Of a DNA stretch of 64,000 nucleotides, positions 24,645 through 37,388 are shown piece after piece. The DNA comes from Ruditapes philippinarum. Taxonomy: Eukaryota. The notes below the pieces were generated by a model. The model ran no database searches and was not told where the DNA came from. It worked only from the letters and a program-made list of their open reading frames with translations. How positions within the stretch are numbered: the stretch's first letter is position 1; every line of letters starts with the position of its first letter. The DNA is taken from the NCBI RefSeq assembly GCF_026571515.1, contig NW_026855648.1, positions 186,001 to 250,000 on the forward strand, in the 5' to 3' direction. A program made the position numbers and the translations under genes.

Positions 24645-25553
24645 AATGGAGGATATTCGTTTGTTTGTGTGTAAGATGAAATTTTATTTCATCGAGTGGG
24701 CTTTAGAAACAGTATTCTCACGAGTGGCGTAAGCAAGAGCGAGAATACTGTTTTTAAAGTTCACGAGATGAAATAAAATTACATCTTACACAACAAACAA
24801 ACAAACTTTCTTTTTATTTGATGCTCAAAAACAAGTTTAAACGAAGTTTCCTTAATATTAACTTAAACATTGAAACTGGTAGTCTTTATTAGTCAAATTT
24901 CTCATAAAATACAAGAAGTCTTGGGCTGAAAAAAATAAGTTCGACAATCAACGTTAAATGGCTTGATATTATTCATTTTACTCAAAACAATATGAATGAT
25001 CTCTTCTTTTAATAATAAAAACAAACAATACAGTAAAAGAAAAAGTTACAATATCCGACCTTATTTCGTTACTTACGGCTAATTTATATTAGACCTGGCT
25101 TTGTGAAATGTAAGCGGTCGCCATTTTTTTCGGGCTGATGGCTGCCATTGCTTTTCAAGTTTTCACATTGCATTTGGCAGTTTTTGCTGGTAGGATACTT
25201 AAATATGCCCAAATGTCACCAAGAGCAGTTTTGCATGTGGAAGGAATTGCATTTTTCAGACTGAAAAGTAAGCAAAAAATTTAAAGACGATATTTGGTGA
25301 TTGGTAATTCGAATGAATTGATGAAAGTTTTCTTCTTTTCATTACTTTTGAAATTCAAGTTGTTTATCAAGTTAAGCTTTGCGTTTCTCAGAATTGTCAG
25401 CAAAAATAAAATTGAGGTACCACATTGGGAAAAACTTAAAAAAGTAGTTTCGTCATTGAAAAGTGTGAAATTATATTTTGATAATTTTCACTTTGAAATT
25501 TTAAAATATATTTTTCACGGATAAATCAGTAATCGACTGAAAAGCATAAAATA
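24645..25553. mobile_element. ~0.9-kb insertion in the gene 3 3' flank with a ~150-bp terminal palindrome (unclassified DNA element)
   Basis: Absent at the paralogous sites after genes 5 and 9. Arms tgtaagatgaaattttatttcatc..cagtattctc / gagaatactg..gatgaaataaaattacatcttaca around 24728. Confidence 0.7.
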
Positions 25554-28500
25554 ATATGAACTATTCTGATATAGATTCGCAATGCACTTATATCTGTATA
25601 TACATAGTGTTTGATATTACAATGATAAATGAAAATTACATTCATATTTCTTAATACAATAGTATAAATAGTACAGATTTATACAAATGTATATTTTTTA
25701 ATGTTTCTTCTGTGTATTATCAAATTTCAAAATGAAAAATGTTAAAATGCAAAATATAGATGTTAATAAACCTGAATATACAGCATGATTGTATATCGTT
25801 TTTTAAATATAAATTTTGCTTAATATGAGTTTAAGGAGATAAGGTGTTCAATAAACTCACATATTTTGTGTTGTTTAATAAATAAAAGTTTTGTCAAAGG
25901 AAAAATATAATATGCATGTGTATAGATAAAATATTTTCAACGCCAATTCTTATCTAAGAGCAATTTGCAAATGGAGAAGATAATTTGTCAAATGGAAAAC
26001 GCGAACATTCTCAATATTCTTTTTCTAATATTTATACTATTCTGTTTTTCTCTATTTTATAATAATAATTATACATAATTTATGGAATGGGACAAACGAG
26101 TCATATTGAAGATTTCATGATAACAGCCGTATGTGGATGTTTCTAAAATTCAAATTCCACCATTTTCATGGTCAATGTTGAGTTCTTCTTAAGCCGGTGC
26201 TAGTGGACATGGACGTTAACTTGCGCTTTCCAGTACCATTCATGAACAGGCGCAATCAAACCGAGCCTGCAACATTTTCAATTTTGTCTTTTTGAATTTT
26301 TTTTACCGATTCCGCTTTTCTCTATTTTATACCACATGTCTCTTTTCTCCAGCCATTATAATTCATCTTGTCTCCGATGAAAAGTCAAGCTAATAGTCAA
26401 AGTTGAAATTATTGATTTAAAAAAAATAAAGTTCCCAGGTATGTTAGTTAAAATTAGTGTGTGATTCAAAGCTCTGCAAAAGAAATATGTACATATGTTA
26501 AAAAAAGCCAACATAGATATAGAGAAAAAAATAAACATGGGGAAAACATTTAACCGTTTTTTAGTTTTTTAATGTTCCTTTTATTTAACAGTTAACAATT
26601 TCTTCATAAGTAAAGAATTGCGCATTTAGAAAGATGTATTTCCGTTTGAACGGTTAACTGCATGTCTTGATTTACCTGTCCTGCTTAATGATGAACTGAA
26701 ATTGCATTACATTGTTCAGAGGATAATCTTATTGCAATATTTCAGAGAATAACTGATATATATGAATCACTTTTTCTTTATTATTATTTATTATATTTTA
26801 TTAAAATTCACATACATGCATTCATTTCACATCAATATATAAACATATCGATATACTAGTTAAATTATATTATATTTTGTTTATTCATATCTATACGTAA
26901 TATTTATGTAGTTCTTAAATTTTACTTCATATGTTATAATTTGGAATCTTCCATGTATCATAATTCACTTATTACCACTATTAAGTATCATATTTATAAC
27001 TGTTGAAAATTTTTTATTTGAAACGAAATACAACATATATTTCACATTACATTATATTGAATGTCTATTAAATGTAAAGTAATCAAATTAGTAGAACTAT
27101 GAAAGGGTGGTTTTCATCAGAACATAATTGTTATAATTTACAACATTTGTACCATCAAAGTTCGTTTATGTTCTACGCGCTTTAATGAAGTTAAGACCAT
27201 TAGGGAAATATGATATTTGATAACATTAATTTTCAACAATATTTTAAATTATTTATATTATCAACACCAATCCCTATAGGAGAATCTGACGTTCATATTA
27301 GGGCATTCTATAGAAGGCATTCCCTATTGAATAAAGGTAAACACAACTTAAAATTAAAATATCATTTATGACATGCAGTAACATTACAGTTACTGGTTAA
27401 ATAATCTATTTTGGAATCTAAAGTTTACAAATTATTGATTAAATGCAGATCTGTGAAAACCAGAACATAAAAAACGATCATGATGACATGCAATAAATTA
27501 CATCAATCATAGGATCAAGAATAATGACTTGAATGAATGGCCTTAGAACAAATGTCACAATGTCAATGGTATCCCAAAAGAATTATTACATTAATGAAAG
27601 TTCTTTGAAAATGTATTGAATAAAACTGACGTGCACATGGTCTGTTTATGAAAATTAATATATTCAAACGAATCCGTCATTTAAAAAATCTTTTTGGATA
27701 TCCAATTCTTTGAAACTTAGAAACTTGACATACGAACTTCTCAAAATTTACATATAAGAATAGTGTATTAAAAGTCCTAAAAATAATATAGCACTCAAAG
27801 AGCACCCAAGTACGCAACCCCGTCACATCCTCCGAAAAAAAAAAATTAAACAAGGACTATTTCCAAAAAAACCACATGCAATAGCTACACATACGCCTAC
27901 TGCATTGTGGGACATTAATAATGTCACATACAACAAGACGATATGGTTGACAAAACTGACCAAAGCCACAGGGATATATATTATTCAGTACTTTTGTTCA
28001 TTATATATTTTTATTTCCATTGCTGGCACAACTTCTATATACATTTATGTGTATTGTATTTTATACAGAAATAGTATATTTGTATGTTAATAGTTACTTT
28101 GGATGTATTATGGCAGAAATGATGTTGAAATATTTATCATGTACAGGACTGCTGATTTATTTTACATGTATGCATTTTATGTTAATATGTGGCGTATTTG
28201 TAAATATGTTGTCTGGAATTTACTTGATTAAAATTGATATCCAATTAGCCTTCTACATATTCAATATAATATTTAATTACGCAGTACCAATGCAAGTGAT
28301 ATATTTAAGTAAAAAAAGAGTCCAAAGCAATTCAAACTATTGATTTATTAGAATACAATATTGCAAATCATTAACTTTTAGCGTGACTGATATATCTCGT
28401 TTAAACTTTAATATGAAATTAAAAACCAACAAGGGAGAGAAACCTAAAACGGATATTAAACTCATTCAACAATCATAATTTAGATATTATATTAAAAAAT

Positions 28501-28788
28501 AAAAAATTATAAACAACAACAACAACAGTAACAAAAACAACAAAAAAACCTTCTCTGATTGCTTTATTGCAATCACAAATAAAAAAATAAAATGATGATG
28601 TAGTGTTACGAAATTAAAAGTAACGCCTTGCAAAATGTTTCCCCTTTTCGGTAAGTTAAATGTCAATGATATCAATTGTTTCCTGTTTTATAATATGAAA
28701 TATTGACATTTTTTTCACCCACAAGAAGAAAAAAACACGAAAGGGTAAAGGTGCACGGCTGTTACCACTAGATATCACATTTGTACAT

Positions 28789-29045
28789 CCGCTTAGTTCA
28801 CTAGTAAGAATATCGGATTTGTAATAAAATGGTCGCTGGTTCGGGCGAGGTACTTTTTCTGTTCGACAGTTGATCTCAGAGTTTGAGACTAATAATACTC
28901 ATTTTATTCAGGGATCATGTGGGATTAGTAGTCGGGCACTTGCGAAGACATTGGTATTTGCTGGTAAGTTATCCAGGCAAAACGGTAAGGTAGATTGACA
29001 GCCGAGATATGACCAAAATGTTTGTCAACAAAACAAATAAACAAT
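28789..29045 (+). mobile_element. Degenerate tRNA-derived SINE (partial paralogous copy at ~40300-40470)
   Basis: A/B-box-like head (cttagttca...ggttcg) and tail gccgagatatgacc...aaacaaataaacaa. Confidence 0.55.
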
Positions 29046-29683
29046 CATATCAACAATTATTGCATTTATGTTCTATGTTTTTTAAGCATTTTATGAAAAA
29101 GCAATTTAAACTTTTCTAAACATATAAAAACAAACATTTCTTGATTAGAAACATGGATGTGAATGAGATCTAAATGTCTTGATTATCATAGGTAGGATCA
29201 ACATGTTAAAAGAAAATGCGATATATTAATATCGTACTAATTAATTGTACATAATACAGCAGTTTTATACAATAAATTAACGCTTTGTTAATTTATATAG
29301 TAAGCTTCATTGTGTTTGGAATTGTGTCGTGATTACAGTTGCAAGCAATGATGTATCAGCAGAAGCAAACATTTCGATTATACATTGCTTAAGCAACATT
29401 TTCATATAGAACGTTTAATTGAATATGATAAAATTCGTCTTTCTTTAATTATATATTTATATATAATTGACAAATTTATTGTTTAAAAGATTTAATGGCA
29501 TAATCATAAAATATTTCAATTAACAGAAACCAAATGATTTACATGGGATGAATTAATTGCAAAATGATAATTTTAATTATTGTATTTTCCATAGAACGAA
29601 ACATGACTATGATATAAGCAAATACTTTTTTCGATAAGTCTAACTATATTATTGTTTTTCTTTTTTAATTTATCAAATTTTCT

Positions 29684-30706
29684 ACAAGTTAAATGTTGAT
29701 GCTGCACATCAAAGACGCCGCCAAATGATGTGAACAGTCAATCAGCATTGAAAATCGTTCTCTATTACAGTTGAATATCCGAAGCACAAATCAATTTTTT
29801 CTCCATGTTCTTGGTATGTGCTCGTTGTTTAATAATAAAGATGCATATTTTTTGTGAAAAAGTAGAACCTAATGCATAAATTCACAAAATAATGCCAGGT
29901 CTGACATTCTTCAATGCTTGTCTGTTGCGACAAAGACTGAAACGTCTGGTCGAATCAAAATAAATTGGATAACAAATAAAATTGAAATAATTGGTATACT
30001 TAAAATAAATTCAAGACAATATGTGCCGAGAATATACCCATTTAAATATTGGTACGAATTGCATAATGTTCGAATGATTTTGAGGACAAACTGTTCTGCA
30101 GTGATCTCCCCTTACAGGCCGTAGCGTAACAGGTTTGTTGTACTTACTTAACGGTTGAGTGAGAACCGCCTCTCTGATAGTGGGCGTGGTTTAGGCTTTG
30201 TAACTTGTAATTTAATGATTCGACAAGTGATATTGATCAAAGTTGTCCTGGTTCCCTTCTACCCCGTAAACGAAGACTAAATGCTTGCATATGGAGCATA
30301 ATATCAAATTTATATGACAATTTAAGGCGGAGCCGAACTTCAACAGAGGCGAAACAAATGAGGCAAGTGACACTGCCTCAGTTGTCACCTCTCTCAACGG
30401 TTAAGTTTTAGAACGATCGACTACAGACTGGCTCATTGGCACGTGATTTATTATGTAATAAAATTAGATAATGATAAAAAGAGTATGATATTCAAACATG
30501 GCACTATCACTTCAGTTAAACGTTTATTCTAATCCCTTAAAGCTCTGTGACATGTTGTACATCATAAAAGCTATTTTTATTAGAAAATTTAAAAACAGTG
30601 TGATTTTGTTAAACAAAAAGAATACACACCATTAAGTCTAAAATTTTCCCCATGGCTGTATGGACAAATGCATATCTACTAGACACCGCTTGCAAGCGGC
30701 GTCTAA
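29684..30706 (-). mobile_element. Third Helentron/HINE-type element inserted in the 3' flank of gene 4
   Basis: Absent from the paralogous sites (~41340, ~63320). SubTIR AGACGCCGC (29713) / GCGGCGTCT (30696-30704), hairpin tgatg..catca, terminal ACTTGT on the minus strand. Confidence 0.7.
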
Positions 30707-30775
30707 TTACACTGCTATACATCAAATGGCCGTTTGACACGCGTTAAAATCAAATTCTTATTGTTTTATATGGTA

Positions 30776-32098
30776 TTATCGGAACGATTTCAAAATTTCT
30801 GCATTTGAATACAGACATATTATTGTAAAACCGGTAATTGTCCAATACACCAAAAAATTAAACCATGAACAGTAAATATCAAATGTTTCTCCGACATGTG
30901 TCCAAGTTATATCATCATCTTCCTTGGAGTCTTTCTTTGACTGATCTTTATCAGATTCAACTCGTTCACAATCAACATTAGTGATTTGACCATTGCTTAA
31001 ATCTGTTTCTACTACATTGATCACGCTTGTGGGCGTCTTGTCGTTACCAATACATATTTTTCCAATTCTGCACATCCTTTTAAAACACATACATCTTAAA
31101 CAATATACAAGATATTTAGTAACGATCGGTATTTTCCCTTTCCTGTCATATATTCGCATAGACACTATGCACATAAACATTATGTATGAACTATACAATA
31201 AAAGAAACATTAAATAGTAATAAATATATGCAATAGGAGACGAACTTTGTGGAACATTGTTGTTTACTATCTGCATGTAGACAGCAAATGACAAGAACGC
31301 TGTGATAGCCACCGATGTCCTCTCTCCAGACGAAGCTGGGATAGAAAACACAAGATTATTCATCCCTCCAAGAAACACTAATGGTGTTACTATATAAATT
31401 GCATAAAATTCACTTCGCCGCTTTAATGTGAAGTTGATTTTAATTCCAGATGGGCCATCGGGAATAGCAAAGTTGTAAACACTGCTATTTTCGTAAAACC
31501 ACTGACTGTTTTCAGTCCAATAGGTTGTAATAAGAGATGGTTTTAAAGAAAGGAACCTTACATCATCGCTCCTGACTGTAAAGGAAGTCAAAGTTATAGA
31601 ACAATATTGCCTATCAAAAGGGAAAAATGTCACATCAACTGGACAAGTGATTTTTGTAACAGAACCCATTGTCAACACAACTATACCTTCATGGTTGATC
31701 CTTAACATATCAGATCCTTGGCCGATTTCTTGCATATTATCAAACGATTCACGTACAAAAGTTTTTGGTCGCCATATGTCTTCCGGTGCTATAAGAAGAG
31801 ATTTTTTCCCGTCATAATCTTCAGGTAACCATGACATACGTTCTTCCGTCCATGTGAAGTTAAATATTAATGTCAACGCTAATTCACCGGACAGTTCATC
31901 AAATGTGTTGATACTACGTAAATAAACAAAAACACCAACTTCCGCCGCTTCACTTTGATTTTTGAGGGGCAATAGTTTGCTGTTGTAATCAATAAGGAGG
32001 CTTGAATACAGATTGTTTGCCTCTGTTGTGTTAAGGCATAAAGCTATTATGTCAGATTTTATGACAAATGCTAATAAAACGTGTAAATATTTTTGCAT
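30776..32098 (-). CDS. Cys-loop LGIC subunit, nAChR-like, non-alpha, subfamily B; intronless CDS (gene 4)
   Basis: 440 aa. Cys-loop CPVDVTFFPFDRQYC, M2 GERTSVAITAFLSF. Confidence 0.95.
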   Translation of the reverse strand: MQKYLHVLLAFVIKSDIIALCLNTTEANNLYSSLLIDYNSKLLPLKNQSEAAEVGVFVYLRSINTFDELSGELALTLIFNFTWTEERMSWLPEDYDGKKSLLIAPEDIWRPKTFVRESFDNMQEIGQGSDMLRINHEGIVVLTMGSVTKITCPVDVTFFPFDRQYCSITLTSFTVRSDDVRFLSLKPSLITTYWTENSQWFYENSSVYNFAIPDGPSGIKINFTLKRRSEFYAIYIVTPLVFLGGMNNLVFSIPASSGERTSVAITAFLSFAVYMQIVNNNVPQSSSPIAYIYYYLMFLLLYSSYIMFMCIVSMRIYDRKGKIPIVTKYLVYCLRCMCFKRMCRIGKICIGNDKTPTSVINVVETDLSNGQITNVDCERVESDKDQSKKDSKEDDDITWTHVGETFDIYCSWFNFLVYWTITGFTIICLYSNAEILKSFR

Positions 32099-32122
32099 TT
32101 TCGAATGTATTCATTTAAAACC

Positions 32123-32938
32123 CTGAAAAATAAAGCATATAATTTAATTTATTACTAAGGCTATCCAACGCAAATCTTTGAAGGTAAAACTTCCGCTATA
32201 TGGCATTGAATATAGCATAGATGTATGTTGCTCAAATTTGAATGTTTTTAAATGTACAATAGACACCTTTTTACTATACACAGAGCATAATTGTTACGTT
32301 TCAATCCCTACTCATTATAGGTAAACACAGTATGAATTCATCATGTCATTAAAAAACTGGCAGTTTCTTTTTAAAGAATAAGGACCACATTAACTTGACC
32401 AGTTGCAGGGAAGGGAATGCAGCTCCCAAACATAGCTTTTGCTCTTTCTTTTTCAAATTAGAAATATTTAGTAAGAATGTCCTTCATTTCAATACATTCC
32501 TGCAATAAAAGTATTTTACCCAAAGACGAGCTTAGTATATATTTTATTATAAATATACTTAACGTTTTATTTCCGTCTGCATGTAATTCAAATGATGAAT
32601 TTAATTATAAAATTATAATAAATTTGCGTAAATCAGACTAAATTAGCATTGCAGTTTTGTTAAACTGAGTCAAAGATGTTCAGAGTTACATCAATAATAA
32701 AGTGTTATTATAAAGGAATTTTATTAAACGAAAATTAACAAATGAATTTTGTAATCTTAATTTATAGTTTAAGAAAACACGAAATGAATAATCACAGTTA
32801 TATCGTTTTCAATTAAATTAATATGCTAAGACTTAAGCATGATTTTGTAGCACGGTTAACAACCTTTGATTATTAATCTTCAAGATATAAATCCATTTAA
32901 TACAACCATAACTATTAAATAAAAAATCGTATACTCAC
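32123..32938 (-). other. Predicted 5' UTR intron of gene 4
   Basis: Minus-strand donor GAG|GTGAGT at 32938 and acceptor tttttcAG at 32123. Both sites are conserved in gene 6 (43309 / 42758). Confidence 0.65.
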
Positions 32939-33441
32939 CTCTTCAGTTGCTGTATTGCTAATAAAGTCTTCTCACCTAGATAAACCGTATTACATTGTAT
33001 TCTTCCAATATTACGAAATACGCACGTTATTTTGTTTCTACAGAACCTTTAACTGAATATTGTTATCTCCGATGTTTTGTTCAATTGTACAATATTTTAG
33101 AAATGATTTCAGTTATGTTTCAATAAATTATCACGGACTCCTGGGCGGTATGATTAATTGATGTATTTGTTCTGAAAAAGATTCGATGAGTTATACTTCA
33201 TTGGCGTGTGCGTTCTTCTAGATAGTAATTTAAATGAGCTGAACGACATGCATCATTTAAGTAATCAGCTTTCATATGAAAACCGTAAATTGACTGTAAT
33301 TGCCTTGAATAAATCAATATATTACACATACTATATAGGTGAACTACCAGAGTTACTTAATTCCTAAAATTAATAGCTTTTACTCAAGAGGAACGATGAC
33401 CAAGAATTCTGCGGGTCAATATGATACCGTGACAAGTCAAA

Positions 33442-33520
33442 GGCGTCCGTGCCCGAGTGGTCATTGACTTCAAACCACTCTTACCTCACCACTGTGGGTT
33501 CGAATCCTTCTGTACAGGCG
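33442..33520 (+). mobile_element. tRNA-derived SINE head (paralogous copy ~43785-43860)
   Basis: A-box GTGCCCGAGTGG and B-box GGGTTCGAATCC without a full cloverleaf. Confidence 0.6.
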
Positions 33521-34130
33521 TTTAAATGTGTGTTGTTTCTATACGAAAGTAATTTTAAAATACCGACATACACAATATTTTTTAAAGTAACAGGTCCTCA
33601 AGCCTGAAATAAAATATTGTTTGATTCCCCTCCTGCTACCAACGTACAAAATCAATGATTGCCCCAAATACATTTTATTTCTAACAAAAAAAATACAAAT
33701 ACAAAAACACAAAAGTTTACTAATCATGAGTAGAGAATATTTTGTATAAAAACGTAACGAGTAATTTATCTAAATGTATGCAAAATATTGATGTATCAGT
33801 ATATACAATTGTAATTGTGGTCGATACTTTACGTGGCATTAACATTTCGATTTATAGATGTTTTCAGTCTATTTAAATCTATATCATTTTGTTTAAACGA
33901 TGTTGATGTAAGTTTATCAAACTTATAGATCAATTCTTAATATCCTTCGTGCATCCGAAAAGCATACATGTAAATCTTAAACATAGAAGGTGACCAGATA
34001 TCATATATGCACGAAAGATGATTAACGGCTGCAAATATTTAATTCTTCTGTAATCAAGTGATCATTTTGTTTAGTGTAAAAAATGTTGATACAATTCACA
34101 CGATAATTACGTGTCAATTAAAATAGAAGT

Positions 34131-34223
34131 ATGGAGACCACGATGAATATGGAGTGTAAACTTCTCATTGTAATCATTTTACTCCATCTGCATGAATATA
34201 TTCATTGCTGAAGTATGACACAG
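34131..34223 (+). pseudogene. Truncated 5' fragment of a subfamily A gene (paralog of the gene 7 N-terminus)
   Basis: METTMNMECKLLIVIILLHLHEYIHC*SMTQ versus gene 7 MTMNMECKLLIVNILLLLHEYIHCSNVTQ. TGA at 34209. Upstream 33880-34130 matches 46595-46855. Confidence 0.9.
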
Positions 34224-36128
34224 CGGACAAATGGTGTGGATATTCATTTTGTAAGACAAGTCATTTACGTTAGTAATTTTATGATGAAAAATGCAGTACA
34301 GAAATGTGCCTTCCTCGGCAATCGTCATTTAAATCCGCCATTTGTACAGTATGTTTGCCATAATATAGGGAAAAGCAGAAGCCTCAAAGAACGCCCAAAA
34401 CCACGAAATTAAAAATGTCGTCAAACATGCTAGGTAGGGCGATGTAACGTAAGGCTAACCAGGGAGTTCATGTGGTAGCGCTAATATTTAGCGCGTCTTT
34501 ATCCTAATAAGTTTATATTACGCAAATGACATCAAGTCAAAACTATCAAAGTAAAAAATTATTTCAACTGGTTATGAATGTCATTGACTAATTATGAGAG
34601 TTAACTATCCTCAGGGCCAGAAAGTCATACTAGTAATCACACGGGATAGGAACTGTTACACGAAGGATTGAGTTATCAGAATGAGTTCATATGATAACTT
34701 GTCACGACTTCTTTGAATAACTGTCACGGCGTTCGTCGGTAAACAGTTGTATATATTACAAAAACACTCGTCAAAATTGTTTTTTTATTATTTTCATCTT
34801 TAAAAAGTGTGATATAAATGCTAATTGAAATTCAAACTTTAACCACATTCGGATGAGCGTACAAGATTTCATAATGATTTACAGTAATAGTAATGATACA
34901 TTGATCTTATGAAATTTATGACCAGTTTAACTGAAACGCAAAGAATCTCCTAACTCCAACGCCCCCCGCCCCCCCCATAAAAATCTACAAATATCCATAG
35001 CAGTTTGAGAGAAACAAACTTGCAACTTGGTTCTATTAGTCTTTCGTACCAATAAATGAAATAAACTATGTGTCAGGTCTCTGGGGTTTTATTCTCCGCC
35101 ATTATCTGATTAGCAAACCGGTCCTACTCTGCCGTGTTTTAACCTCTTATAACGTCTACATGTGAGATTTTGTAAGGGTTCTTAATTAAATCAATTTTGA
35201 AAAATCATGGCGACACTACCTATTAACGCATTAAAACGGTCTCTAATGATCACTCAATGTGTGCTCTCATCATTATGTTTATTGATCGTGATTCCATATC
35301 TAAACTTTTCTATTAATGTTTATCAATATTTCGATTGGACTGATGGACTAACAATAATTCAGTTCTTGTTTTTGTAGCACGTGATTGAACTATTTGAACA
35401 GCTATTATTATATGTTCCATAGCCAGTCATTGTTTTCATTGAGTATCTCAGAAAAACATTTAATTCTGTGAGTCTCGTCAATTAGTTGGACTGTTTTAAT
35501 CATTAACAATGTATAATACACGTAAATATATTTGGAAAAAAGTTAAGAATTCAGAGGATATATATAACAATGTCATTTTTATTTCTGAAAATATTTGAAA
35601 ACAACAAAAGTAGTATACGAACTGAATCGGAAATATAGTTAACTGTTAGTTATCGACATCTGTATGTATGCCTTGTTTTGTGCATAATAAAATGTCGGAC
35701 TCTACAGTATTTCTTATATCGTTCCTTGCTTTACACGTGTACTTTGTGAAAGCGTTTCCGGATTATGATATATGTGAAAGCGTGAAAATGTAACTATGAA
35801 AAGATATTCATAAATTAAGATCTTTGAATCATTTGTCAATGACGTAAACCAGAACACGAAGATATCAAATAAAGTTTAGAGGTCTTCTTGAACAGATTGG
35901 TACCAAAGTTTGTCTATCAGATGACCATGGAAGTATTCAAGTTCTACATCAGTTTTTAATATTTTGGTACATCTGGTAATTATTTATCATAAAACGCCGA
36001 AGGTGACAGAAACCTGCAAATATTTAATTCCTTATAAGTCATATGGAATATTGTGAAATATATTTGTTGTACATTTATACGATAACGAGACAATAAGTCA
36101 GTTGAAACAATAGATAACTACAATAAAT

Positions 36129-37388
36129 ATGGATTACAAGCTATTAATTGTGACTTTTTTATTATTTCAACTTGAATACATTCACTGCTCAAATATAACA
36201 CAGGTCGAAGGTTTATACACAAACTTGTTCAAGAACTATAACAAGAAACTTTTTCCATTGATAAATCACAACAATTCAATGGAAATAAATGTCACGATAG
36301 GAATCATAAGTATAAATAATTTCGATGAGCTGTCTGGCGAAATAGAAATTACAATGTATTTCAATTTTCAATGGATTGACGAAAACTTGATATGGACACC
36401 TTCTCAATATGGTGGCAAATCGGTGTTGTTAGTGGCTTCAGAAGACATTTGGCGACCACAACTTTATCTTCTACAATCATATGACACACTCCAGGAGATA
36501 ACGAATGTATCGTTGATGGCACGGTTATTCTCGAATGGCCTCGTCATGTGGAATATTGGAAGTGTTTTGAAAATTGTTTGTTCCGTTGACGTGACGTATT
36601 TTCCTTTTGATACCCAGACATGTTTATTAATGGTTTCAGGATGGGCTTACACAAACGACGAAGTGTTACTTATCGTCAATAGTGCGAAAGTAAATGAAGA
36701 TTCTTTTTCCAACAATAGTCAATGGATACTTCAGTCGGCAACGTCACAGAACAATTATGATATAATATCATCATTTCCCCCGACGATTTTTGTGATACTG
36801 AAACTACAAAGACGAAGTGATTTTTTTGTAGTCTACATAATATTTCCAATGGTTTTCCTTGGCCTTATAAATAATCTTGTGTTTGTTATGCCTGTAAATT
36901 CTGGGGAGAGGACATCAGTTGCTATTACAACATTTTTGTCATTTATTGTTTTTATGCAAATGATAAATTCGATTGTTCCGGAGAGTTCAGAACCTATGGC
37001 TTATATATATTATTATATTCTTTTTCTATTGGTTTACAGCTCTCTCATTTTATTTTTGTGTATATGCTCGTTATGTATCTATGAAAAGGACACACCAGTT
37101 CCTCAGTCCATAGAAAAGATGATTTATTGTATTCGATGTTGGTATTTCAAGAGAAACAAAGACAAAGTAACGCCTGAGAGGAGAACCTCCATTTTGTCTG
37201 AGCAAGTTGACGTTAAAAGCACTAACGTAAAGTTATCGTTCAGTCAATATGTTGATGAAACTCCTTTAGTGACTTGGATATTGGTTGGTAAGACATTTGA
37301 TTCCTGCTGCTATATTCTTCTGTTAATGACATATTTGGCGATGACCATTCATACCTTCGTAAAATTGTATTTAAACTACAGTTTCTGA
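36129..37388 (+). CDS. Cys-loop LGIC subunit, subfamily A; intronless (gene 5)
   Basis: 419 aa, close paralog of gene 3, all hallmark motifs intact. Confidence 0.95.
   Translation: MDYKLLIVTFLLFQLEYIHCSNITQVEGLYTNLFKNYNKKLFPLINHNNSMEINVTIGIISINNFDELSGEIEITMYFNFQWIDENLIWTPSQYGGKSVLLVASEDIWRPQLYLLQSYDTLQEITNVSLMARLFSNGLVMWNIGSVLKIVCSVDVTYFPFDTQTCLLMVSGWAYTNDEVLLIVNSAKVNEDSFSNNSQWILQSATSQNNYDIISSFPPTIFVILKLQRRSDFFVVYIIFPMVFLGLINNLVFVMPVNSGERTSVAITTFLSFIVFMQMINSIVPESSEPMAYIYYYILFLLVYSSLILFLCICSLCIYEKDTPVPQSIEKMIYCIRCWYFKRNKDKVTPERRTSILSEQVDVKSTNVKLSFSQYVDETPLVTWILVGKTFDSCCYILLLMTYLAMTIHTFVKLYLNYSF

Noticed and set aside
21850-26331. Inverted repeat copies flanking gene 3 as a Pack-type transposon carrying the receptor
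   Set aside because: The 26040-26331 copy is absent from the sister cassettes, so it is an independent insertion. No TSD was seen
27905-28343. Recurring hydrophobic ORFs in the spacers (also 39804, 61571, 61609)
   Set aside because: Frames and stops are not conserved between the duplicated copies. This is AT-rich non-coding DNA
33442-33520. tRNA gene
   Set aside because: A and B boxes are present but there is no complete cloverleaf. It is a SINE head
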